DNA from: Longimicrobiales bacterium
Lineage (GTDB): Bacteria > Gemmatimonadota > Gemmatimonadetes > Longimicrobiales > Gaopeijiaceae
NCBI GenBank assembly: GCA_963422615.1
Contig: OY730414.1
Location: 372,001 to 436,000 of the forward strand
DNA length: 64,000 nt
Direction of reading: 5' to 3'
Part shown: piece by piece, positions 55,956 through 64,000 of the stretch
How the letters are laid out: the number at the start of each line of letters is the position of its first letter
Position numbering within the stretch: position 1 is the first letter of the stretch
Program-made: the position numbers and the translations under genes
Notes under the pieces: model-generated
Told to the model about the DNA's origin: nothing
What the model saw: only the letters and a program-made list of their open reading frames with translations
Database searches by the model: none

Positions 55956-58703
55956 ATGACTATGAGCAGTGCCGCACTCCCCACAGAGCATTTTGCCGAT
56001 GGGCGCACAGTTTTCTTCTCCGCCCTTTTTCTCACTTTGGCCGCCCTTCCCACCGCCGCCCAGCTCACGACCCCCGAGGAGCAGTTCGGCTACCGGCTGG
56101 GCACCGACTACGAGCTGGTCAACTACCAGGGCTTGACGGACTACTGGCACCTTTTGGCCGAACAGTCGGACCGGATGACCCTGGAGTCCATCGGCAGGAC
56201 CTCGGAGGGGCGTGAACAGTGGATGGCCACGATCACCTCTCCGGCCAATCGTCCCGGCCTGGCGCGCTACAAGGAGATCGCCCGGCGGCTCGCCCTGGCC
56301 GACGGGGTGAGCGAAGAAGAAGCCCGCGCCTTGGCCGCCGAAGGGAAAGCCGTGGTCTGGATTGATGGGGGGCTCCACGCCACCGAGGTGCTGGGTGCCC
56401 AACAGCTTATGGAGCTGGTGTGGCAGATGGTGAGCCGGAACGACGACGAAACGATGCGCTTCCTGGACGACGTGATCTTGCTGGCCGCCCATGCCAACCC
56501 CGACGGCCACGCCCTGGTCGCCAACTGGTACATGCGCCACGACGACCCCCTGGAGCGCACCACCCAGGGCGTCCCCGTTCTCTACAACAAGTACGCCGGC
56601 CACGACAACAATCGGGACTTCTACATGACGTCCCTGGCCGAGACCGAGAACATGAACCGGGTGGTCTACCGGGAGTGGTTCCCGCAGATCGTGTACAATC
56701 ATCACCAGACCGGCCCCCAGGGGACGGTTATGTTCGCCCCCCCCTTCCGGGACCCGCCCAACCACAACCTGGATCCCCTCATCATCACCAGTCTGGACCA
56801 AGTCGGGTCGGCGATGCACCACCGGATGGTCGCCGAGGGCAAGGGTGGCACCACAATGCGCCGGGGTGCCAGCTATTCGACTTGGTGGAACGGCGGACTC
56901 CGGACCACGCCTTACTTCCACAACATGATCGGCCTCCTTACCGAGACCATCGGCCACCCCACACCCATCGAGATCCCCTTCCTGCCGAACCGTCAGATCA
57001 CCCACGCAGACCTCCCCCTGCCCGTAACCCCCGGTCCCTGGCACTTCCGGCAGTCCGTGGACTACTCCCAGACGGCCAACCGGGCCGTGTTGGACTATGC
57101 CTCCCGGAACCGGGAGCACCTTCTCTTCAACATCTGGCGCATGGGGATGAACTCGATCGAGCGGGGCAGCCGGGACGCGTGGACGGTCCTTCCCCGGTGG
57201 ATTGACGGGCTCACCGAAGAAGTGGGGCCACGCGGTTCCCGGGAGGACTATGAGGCCTACCTTCGGGACCCGGACAAGCGTGACGCTCGGGGTTACATCC
57301 TGCCGTCAAGCCAGAGAGACTTTTCCACGGCTACGAAGTTCGTCAACGCCCTGCTCAAGAACGGCGTGACGGTCCACCAAGCCACCGCCGCCTTCGCGGC
57401 GGGAGGCGAGGATTATCCTGCCGGCTCGTATGTCGTGAAGACGGCCCAGGCCTTCCGGCCCCACGTCATCGACATGTTCGAGCCCCAGAACCACCCCAAC
57501 GACTTCCAGTACCCCGGCGGCCCCCCCATCGCCCCTTACGACAACGCGGGATGGACGTTGGCGCTCCAGATGGGAATCGAATTCGACCGGGTGCTGGAGG
57601 GATTCGACGGGCCGTTCCGGGAGATCGAGTGGATGGCCGACCCATTGCCCGGCGCCGTGACCGGCACCGAATCGGCGGCAGGATATGTAGCGGACCACGT
57701 AAACGACGCCTTTGTGGCCGTGAACCGGACGCTGGCGGCAGGTGGGCAGGTGTTTTGGCTGGAGGAGGCGTACGAAGCGCCCGGGGTGTCCTTCGCGGCC
57801 GGTGCTTTCTACTTCCCCGCAGATGGAACGGAACGGGAGAAGCTAGAGGAGTGGGCCCAGGAGTTGGGAATCTCGTTCGTCGGCGTGGCCGAGGCCCCGG
57901 CAGCAACGGCCATGGAGCTGACCCATGCCCGAATCGGTCTCTGGGATCGATACGGCGGCTCCATGCCCTCGGGGTGGACCCGGTACACCCTGGAGGACTT
58001 CGAGTTCGACTTTCAGGTAATCTACCCCCCGGAAGTGGACGGCGGCGGCCTGAACGACCGGTTCGATGTGATCATCCTTCCCGACGGCGCCATGGGAGGA
58101 GGGCGCGGCTTCGGCGGGGGGGCACCGAATGAAGACTTCTTGGCCAGCCTGCCGGATTCCCTACGAGACCGCGTTGGCTCCCTGTCAGCGGTCGAAAGCG
58201 TCCCCGCCCTGCGGCAGTTCATGGAGAACGGCGGGGCCGTGGTGGCGGTGGGAACCTCTACCGCCCTAGGCGCCGAATTGGGACTCCCCTTGGACAACTA
58301 TCTGGTGAATGACCAGGGAGAGCCCTTGGGCAGGGACGACTACTTCACGCCTGGATCCATCCACGACATCCGGGTCGAGCCCGGCAGCCCCGTCACCCAC
58401 GGGCTCGACGCTCGGGTCCATGTCCTCCACAGCCACAGCCCGGTCTTCCAGATCGGCGAAGGGGCCGACGGCGTACGCCGCTTGGCCTGGTACGATTCTC
58501 CCGAGCCGCTGGTGAGCGGCTGGGCCTGGGGTCAGGAAAATCTTGAGGGCGGCACCAGCATGGTCGAGGCGGACGTGGGTGCAGGAAAGCTGTTCCTCTT
58601 CGGCCCCAAGATCACCTTCCGGTCGCAGCCCCACGGGACCTTCCCGCTCCTCTTCAACAGCATCCACTACGGGGCGGCAGAGCGGAAACGTCCGGTGAGT
58701 TGA
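55956..58703 (+). CDS. M14-family zinc carboxypeptidase-like protein, secreted
   Basis: GLHATE, NPDG, GHDNNRD and YNHHQ. Signal ending TAA-Q. Confidence 0.9.
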   Translation: MTMSSAALPTEHFADGRTVFFSALFLTLAALPTAAQLTTPEEQFGYRLGTDYELVNYQGLTDYWHLLAEQSDRMTLESIGRTSEGREQWMATITSPANRPGLARYKEIARRLALADGVSEEEARALAAEGKAVVWIDGGLHATEVLGAQQLMELVWQMVSRNDDETMRFLDDVILLAAHANPDGHALVANWYMRHDDPLERTTQGVPVLYNKYAGHDNNRDFYMTSLAETENMNRVVYREWFPQIVYNHHQTGPQGTVMFAPPFRDPPNHNLDPLIITSLDQVGSAMHHRMVAEGKGGTTMRRGASYSTWWNGGLRTTPYFHNMIGLLTETIGHPTPIEIPFLPNRQITHADLPLPVTPGPWHFRQSVDYSQTANRAVLDYASRNREHLLFNIWRMGMNSIERGSRDAWTVLPRWIDGLTEEVGPRGSREDYEAYLRDPDKRDARGYILPSSQRDFSTATKFVNALLKNGVTVHQATAAFAAGGEDYPAGSYVVKTAQAFRPHVIDMFEPQNHPNDFQYPGGPPIAPYDNAGWTLALQMGIEFDRVLEGFDGPFREIEWMADPLPGAVTGTESAAGYVADHVNDAFVAVNRTLAAGGQVFWLEEAYEAPGVSFAAGAFYFPADGTEREKLEEWAQELGISFVGVAEAPAATAMELTHARIGLWDRYGGSMPSGWTRYTLEDFEFDFQVIYPPEVDGGGLNDRFDVIILPDGAMGGGRGFGGGAPNEDFLASLPDSLRDRVGSLSAVESVPALRQFMENGGAVVAVGTSTALGAELGLPLDNYLVNDQGEPLGRDDYFTPGSIHDIRVEPGSPVTHGLDARVHVLHSHSPVFQIGEGADGVRRLAWYDSPEPLVSGWAWGQENLEGGTSMVEADVGAGKLFLFGPKITFRSQPHGTFPLLFNSIHYGAAERKRPVS

Positions 58704-58761
58704 TTGAAGCTTTGTTTCCCGAAAATGGCCGCGGTTCCGCCCCAAAAGTTGAGACGCCATG

Positions 58762-58797
58762 CTTACTGTAGTGCCAAAAAACAGCACTACAGATAAG
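58762..58797. terminator. Hairpin between convergent genes
   Basis: CTTA-CTGTAGTGC-N9-GCACTACAG-A-TAAG followed by a T-rich run. A second 10-bp inverted repeat CTAGGGGGTG/CACCCCCTAG lies at 58855-58902. Confidence 0.5.
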
Positions 58798-58898
58798 ATT
58801 TACTTCTTTCCTCGCATCGCCTCACGTCAAGCGAAGAGCCATTATTCAGATCGCCTAGGGGGTGTTTACGATCCCCCCGTGGCTCGGGCGACCACCCC

Positions 58899-61800
58899 CT
58901 AGTTCGAAACCCTGTCGGCTAGTCGCCGGATTTCCTGAATCGCAACACTCAGCCCCGCCAAAGTGATCGGATCCTCACCCCGCAGATCTTCCAGCAACCT
59001 GTGGAAGCGGTGGAGATCGCTTCCGTTTCCGCCCAGGTCTTCGGAATCGGCCAGCGTTCCGTTCCCGGCCAGGGCCCCTGCGGTCAGTCGCCGCCGGATT
59101 GTACCCAAATCAGCGATGAGACCCAGGCCCCACCGCCGCTCCCACCTGCCTTCACCGCTCGCTTGCTCAATGCACTTCAGCAGCCACGGTATCCGCAGCT
59201 CCTCGGTGACCCGGTAGTAGACCCTCGCCGCGCGCATGGGATCGGTGTCTGTCGTCCGGGCAAGACGGAGAATTTCCAGAAGGTGGTCAAGGAATCGTAG
59301 GGTAAGGAAGTTGCGAGCAAAGGGCTCGTCCACTCCCTGCTTCGCAACCTCGCTCACCAGCGACAGATACGTCTCCCGGTCCTCTCCGGCCACGATCTCG
59401 TGGAACTTGCCCCGCAGGGCTTCTAGGCCCATCAAGCTCTCTTCGATGAGTCCGACCGTGGACTCCTCGGGGTCGCAATTGGCCAACACCCAACGGGTCG
59501 TGCGATCCAGTACCCGTGCCAGTCCCATGATCCAGCGGTAGGCCACTCCGACGGAGATCGCCCCTCCGCGAGACTGTATTTCGTCCAGAAGCACCTGGTG
59601 CCGCGTGAGCTGGGACGCGACCAGCCACGCTCGGGCTATATCCTCGGGTGCGCGGCCCGTCTCCCGGGCCACCCGGGCAATGAAGGCCGATCCCATCAGG
59701 TCGACGAGGTCGTTGGTCAGCTGGCAGGCGACAATCTCCCTGCGAAGGCGGTGATTGGCTGCCCGCTGCCGCCCGACCAACTCGACGGCTTCCCGGGGAA
59801 AGTACCCGTAAAAGTACTCGGCGGCGGCCGGGTCGTCCGGAAGATCCGAACCCAGGAGAGCGGATTTCAGGTGGAGCTTGGCGTAGGAAAGCAGCACCGA
59901 CAACTCGGGTCGCGTCATCGACTGGTTCGATTCCCTGCGGGCGTTCAGCTGGTCCCACGAGGGAAGTCCCTCCGCATCTCGGTCCAACAGCCCCGCTCTG
60001 CCCAGGTCACCCATCAGCCCCCAGAAGTGATCCATCCCCCGGCGGGCGCGGTACTCGTCCAAAGAGACCGCCTGGCTCTGGGATCCGTTGTCCTTCCGCA
60101 CAAGCGCGGCAACGGTATCGGTGAGCCGATGGAGCAGCCGGTTGCGATCCTCCCGGGTCACCTGCGCCGTCTTGAGCACTTCGCTGAGCAGGATCTTCAG
60201 GTTCACTTCCCGGTCGGAGAGGTTCACGCCTCCCGAGTTGTCCAGGGCATCCGTGTTGATCCGGCCGCCTCCCAGTGCGTACTCCACCCGGGCCGCCTGG
60301 GTAAACCCGAGGTTCCCGCCTTCGCTCACGACCTTGGCCCGGAGCTGCCTCGCGTCGATCCGAACGGCGTCGTTTGACGCATTCCCCGCGTCTGCGTGGG
60401 TTTCCCCGTCGGCCTTGACGTAGGTGCCGACACCCCCGTTCCAGAGAAGTTCGACGGGCGCGGACAGCACGGCTCGGATGAGGCTCTCGCCGTCCAGGGT
60501 TACGACCTCGGGATCGAGGCCGAGGACCGCCCTGGCTTCCTCTGTCAGGTCCACGGACTTGAGGGTTCGGGGGATGATCATGGCCCCGGACGAGAGTCGG
60601 GTCCGGTCGTAGTCATCCCAAGAAGAACGGCCCAAAGCGAAGAGACGCTTCCGCTCATCGTAAGCCGCTTCCGGATCCGGGTCGGGATCAATGAACACGT
60701 GCCGGTGGTCGAAGGCCGCCACCAGCCGGATGGCTCGGGAGAGGAGCATCCCGTTTCCGAAGACATCCCCGCTCATGTCTCCGATGCCGGCCACCGTGAA
60801 GGGCTCCTTCTGGATATCCTTCCCCGTTTCCCGAAAGTGGCGCTTGACGGATTCCCACGCCCCGCCGGCCGTAATGCCCACCTTTTTATGGTCGTACCCG
60901 TTGGATCCGCCCGAGGCAAAGGCATCGTCAAGCCAGAAGTCGTAGTCTCCTGCCAAGGAGTTGGCGATGTCGGAGAAGGTCGCCGTACCCTTGTCCGCTG
61001 CAACAACCAGGTAGGGGTCGAACCCGTCGTATCGGATCACATTCTCCGGGGCAACCGGCACCCCTTCGACAAGGTTGTCGGTAATGTCCAAGAGCCCCCG
61101 AATGAGCGTGCGATACTGCTCCTGAACCTCTTGAGTCATGGCATTCCCGTCCGGCAGTTGGCGGAGGCAGACGAAGCCGCCCTTCGAACCACCCGGTACG
61201 ATCACCGCGTTCTTCACCATCTGGGTGTTGACCAGACCCAGAACCTCGGTTCGGAAATCGTCGGGCCGGTCCGAGTGTCGGATTCCGCCCCGGGCAACGG
61301 CGGCACCTCGAAGGTGGATGCCCTCCATCCGGGACGAGCGCACCCAGACTTCGTACTTGAGCCGACTCTTGGAGATGCCCTGCAGGAAGTCGCAGTCGAA
61401 CTTGAAGGATGTGTAGGGCACTCCCCCCGAACGCTGGACCGGATTTCTGCCGCCGGTCAGAAAGTAGTTGGTCCGGACCGTTCCTTCGATGACGACCTGG
61501 AACGCCCGCAGAGCCCGGTCGAAGGCGAGGGAGCTCACGTCGGCCAACTCTTCGGCGATGCAGTCCTTCAGTTGGGTGACCCTCGCCTCCGAGTCCTCCG
61601 ACGCCCCCCCCCGGTCCGGGTCGAAGCGAACCCGGAAGAGCTCGAACAGGAGCCCGCCCACGGCAGGGTGATTGTCCAATGCTGTCGGCAGAACTTGCGG
61701 GCTGGGAACGGCTCCGATCTGGAACGCGTAGTGCGCATAGGCCCGAAGCACTTCCACTTCCCTCCACGCCATTCCCGTCCGCTGAACCAGCCGGTTGAAG

Positions 61801-63824
61801 GCGTCGTTGGCGGCGTCCCCGGCCCGCACCGCGAGGATCGTTTCGGACAGAACGCGACCTCGTCCCTCCACATCCAGCCTGTCGCCGTCAGAAGCCTGTA
61901 CTTCAAAGCTGTAGATGACCGCGTCATCTGCACCTTCGTTATCCCGGAGCTCAAACGGCGAAACGGCGATCACCCGCATGCCGCAGTTTTCAAGTACCGG
62001 CATGAAATCCGAGAGGACGATCTGCTGGCGGCGAATGTACACCTTCAGCCCGCATCCGTCTCCTCCGGGATCGTCAAAGAAGCGAACCGACTCCATGCGG
62101 CCTCGGGACTTCATGGCTTCGAACTCCAGGATATCCCGGACTGCGACCTCAGGTTCGTTCGCGGCCTTGTACTCCGGTGCAAAGGCGCTCCCGTAGTGAG
62201 CGGCAAGACGGCGTGACTCTTCCGGGGAACGGAAGGTGCCCAGTCGGGCCCGCACCTCATCCAGCCAAGACCGGGTCAGGCTCGTGACCGTCGCCTCAAG
62301 CTCGGTGGCGTCGACATCGGCCATGCGCGCCCGGGGACCCCCCAGGAAGAAGTGAAGCCGGGCCTGATCTCCCTCACTCATGGCCAAGTGATAGTTCAGG
62401 ATTTCGGCCTCGTACCGATCCATCAGCGCGGCTTCGAACTCCCTGCGGAAGCTGCCCGAGAAACGGCTACGCGGCATGACCACCATGATGGAGACCCCCC
62501 TGCCAAGGGCGTCTCGGCGCACCGAGACGACGACCCCATCGGTGTTGTATCGGATCAGGATGGTGCGGATGTCCTTCGTGACCTCCGACTCCGACGCCAG
62601 GAAGAGCTCTTCCTTGGGCAGGGAATCGAAGATCGTGATGATCTCCTTGTAGTCGTGGGATCCCTCCGCGACGGCGGCCCGCTCAAGCACGCTCGCCAGC
62701 TTTTTCCGCAGGATGGGAATGCCCTGAGCCGGTTCCGAGTACGCCTGGGAGGTGAAGAGGCCCAGGAAACGGTGCTCTCCCACCACAGAACCATCGGATT
62801 TCAGCTTCTTGATCCCGATGTAGTCCATTCGGGCTCGGCGGTGGACCGTGGATTCCGCGTTGGTCTTGCTAATGATCAGGAGGGGACCCGAAAGCGCCCG
62901 TTCTCGCATTTCTTCGGGAAGCCGACTCAGGGGCACGGGCCGGGCGAAGGTGGAAGTTTCTTCCGTCTGGAGAATGCCCAAACCCGAGCCGGGGTCGACC
63001 CAGACGGCCCTTTCACCTCCCGGCTCGAGCTCGGCAAGGGTGTAGGACCGATACCCCAGAAACACGAAGGCGCCGTCCCGGAGCCAGCGCAGAAATGCCT
63101 GGATTTCGCGGAATTCTTCCCGTTGGCCCCGGACATCTCGGATTCGGAACCCCAACTCGGCAACCACATCGGCGATCTTGTCAACCATCAACCCGAAGTC
63201 TTCGGTCGCCTTCACCACATCCTCAAGGCGACGAGCCGTCTCTTCGCGCAGAAAAGCCAGGGTGGCACCGTCTCCGACTCTGGTCACTTCGGCGTAGACC
63301 ATGGACTCGGGGCGGATGTCCGGGTCCGAGGGGCGCAGGTCCCGAATCCGGCCGCCTTCATCCCGGTCCACGGTCATCAAGGGATACACGAAGTGCCCGA
63401 TTCGGAGCTCTCTGGACGAAAGGAATTCGCGGATCGTGTCGACGATGAAGGGCCGCTCGGAGACATTGGTCCGAACGACGGTGACCGGGGCGTAACCGCC
63501 TTCTCCTTTTTCGCCCGGGTTCAGAACTTCGACGTCAACCCGATCCGGCCGACTCCGGTCCAGGAACCGGAAGGAGTCCAGACACATCCGGGCAAGGGCA
63601 TCGGTGCTCCGTTCCTCCAAGAGGGCGACCGAGGCCTTCGCGAGGAAAAGCGGCACGAACTTCCTCACGCGTTCGTCATCCGACATGCCTCGAAGGGCGG
63701 ACAGTACGTCTTCGACCACCCCCCATCCCGCAGCAGATTCCCCGCCGGCCACACTCGAACGAGCACCCCGGGGCCCCACCGGACGGAGATGGTGCCGGGC
63801 GGGATCGGCGGTGGGTTCCTTCAT
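58899..63824 (-). CDS. Large NAD-specific glutamate dehydrogenase
   Basis: STVHRRARMDY, VARGGIRHSDR, QMVKNAVIVPGGSKGG, YLVVAADKGTATFSD, GYDHK, GDMSGDVFGNG and DNSGGV. Start uncertain. Confidence 0.95.
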   Translation of the reverse strand: MKEPTADPARHHLRPVGPRGARSSVAGGESAAGWGVVEDVLSALRGMSDDERVRKFVPLFLAKASVALLEERSTDALARMCLDSFRFLDRSRPDRVDVEVLNPGEKGEGGYAPVTVVRTNVSERPFIVDTIREFLSSRELRIGHFVYPLMTVDRDEGGRIRDLRPSDPDIRPESMVYAEVTRVGDGATLAFLREETARRLEDVVKATEDFGLMVDKIADVVAELGFRIRDVRGQREEFREIQAFLRWLRDGAFVFLGYRSYTLAELEPGGERAVWVDPGSGLGILQTEETSTFARPVPLSRLPEEMRERALSGPLLIISKTNAESTVHRRARMDYIGIKKLKSDGSVVGEHRFLGLFTSQAYSEPAQGIPILRKKLASVLERAAVAEGSHDYKEIITIFDSLPKEELFLASESEVTKDIRTILIRYNTDGVVVSVRRDALGRGVSIMVVMPRSRFSGSFRREFEAALMDRYEAEILNYHLAMSEGDQARLHFFLGGPRARMADVDATELEATVTSLTRSWLDEVRARLGTFRSPEESRRLAAHYGSAFAPEYKAANEPEVAVRDILEFEAMKSRGRMESVRFFDDPGGDGCGLKVYIRRQQIVLSDFMPVLENCGMRVIAVSPFELRDNEGADDAVIYSFEVQASDGDRLDVEGRGRVLSETILAVRAGDAANDAFNRLVQRTGMAWREVEVLRAYAHYAFQIGAVPSPQVLPTALDNHPAVGGLLFELFRVRFDPDRGGASEDSEARVTQLKDCIAEELADVSSLAFDRALRAFQVVIEGTVRTNYFLTGGRNPVQRSGGVPYTSFKFDCDFLQGISKSRLKYEVWVRSSRMEGIHLRGAAVARGGIRHSDRPDDFRTEVLGLVNTQMVKNAVIVPGGSKGGFVCLRQLPDGNAMTQEVQEQYRTLIRGLLDITDNLVEGVPVAPENVIRYDGFDPYLVVAADKGTATFSDIANSLAGDYDFWLDDAFASGGSNGYDHKKVGITAGGAWESVKRHFRETGKDIQKEPFTVAGIGDMSGDVFGNGMLLSRAIRLVAAFDHRHVFIDPDPDPEAAYDERKRLFALGRSSWDDYDRTRLSSGAMIIPRTLKSVDLTEEARAVLGLDPEVVTLDGESLIRAVLSAPVELLWNGGVGTYVKADGETHADAGNASNDAVRIDARQLRAKVVSEGGNLGFTQAARVEYALGGGRINTDALDNSGGVNLSDREVNLKILLSEVLKTAQVTREDRNRLLHRLTDTVAALVRKDNGSQSQAVSLDEYRARRGMDHFWGLMGDLGRAGLLDRDAEGLPSWDQLNARRESNQSMTRPELSVLLSYAKLHLKSALLGSDLPDDPAAAEYFYGYFPREAVELVGRQRAANHRLRREIVACQLTNDLVDLMGSAFIARVARETGRAPEDIARAWLVASQLTRHQVLLDEIQSRGGAISVGVAYRWIMGLARVLDRTTRWVLANCDPEESTVGLIEESLMGLEALRGKFHEIVAGEDRETYLSLVSEVAKQGVDEPFARNFLTLRFLDHLLEILRLARTTDTDPMRAARVYYRVTEELRIPWLLKCIEQASGEGRWERRWGLGLIADLGTIRRRLTAGALAGNGTLADSEDLGGNGSDLHRFHRLLEDLRGEDPITLAGLSVAIQEIRRLADRVSN

Positions 63825-64000
63825 TCCGTTACGGAGCCTCGCCGCCCAAAGGCGAGGGCGCGCCCCGGGGAGCACCTGTATGGTGGCAGAGACGTTTCGT
63901 CTTGATGGAACCGGATCATTTGCGCAGGGTCAGCTCCGCACCGTGGGGTCATCCGGTCTCTGTGGGGCACTCAATCAATCCAAGCACCCTTGGGGGCACC

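Noticed and set aside
14..63905. Many long antisense or alternate-frame ORFs (e.g. 3326-4927+, 12689-14140+, 26758-28209+, 60396-62216+)
   Set aside because: They overlap well-supported genes and lack motifs. They are expected shadows in high-GC DNA.
1..64000. CRISPR arrays, tRNA/rRNA genes, transposases or integrases
   Set aside because: No regularly spaced repeats, cloverleaf or recombinase motifs were recognised. The islands encode no visible mobility gene.

Overview
GC-rich bacterial window. The gene content (alternative complex III, standalone TonB-plug-like lipoprotein, expanded six-bladed beta-propellers) suggests Gemmatimonadota, but that is inference only. The housekeeping backbone is: actABCD, an ABC-2 exporter, a D-aminoacylase/LuxE-like/LuxC-like operon, a frameshifted amidohydrolase-ypdA-ygfZ-selD run (SelD has an in-frame UGA at its catalytic position, so it is a probable selenoprotein), lon, ggt, NUDIX, an SSS symporter, ferredoxin, pduO, DsbA, AraC and BTAD regulators, a form-II-like coxSLM-coxDE-amidase-xdhC cluster, sufU, an M14 peptidase and the large NAD-glutamate dehydrogenase. 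Two lower-GC accessory loci (about 19.9-25.1 kb and 52.9-55.8 kb) share one architecture: small signal-peptide-bearing six-cysteine peptides, exported beta-propeller proteins and a thioredoxin/DsbA-fold partner. Both lie directly downstream of sufU sequence. In locus 1 the peptide-propeller unit is tandemly duplicated with patchy diversification, each peptide gene is enclosed by a long-range inverted repeat, and the island sits among decayed remnants of a DISARM-like defence operon. This peptide/propeller/thiol-oxidoreductase module is the best candidate for an undescribed system. All family calls come from motif recognition, not database searches.
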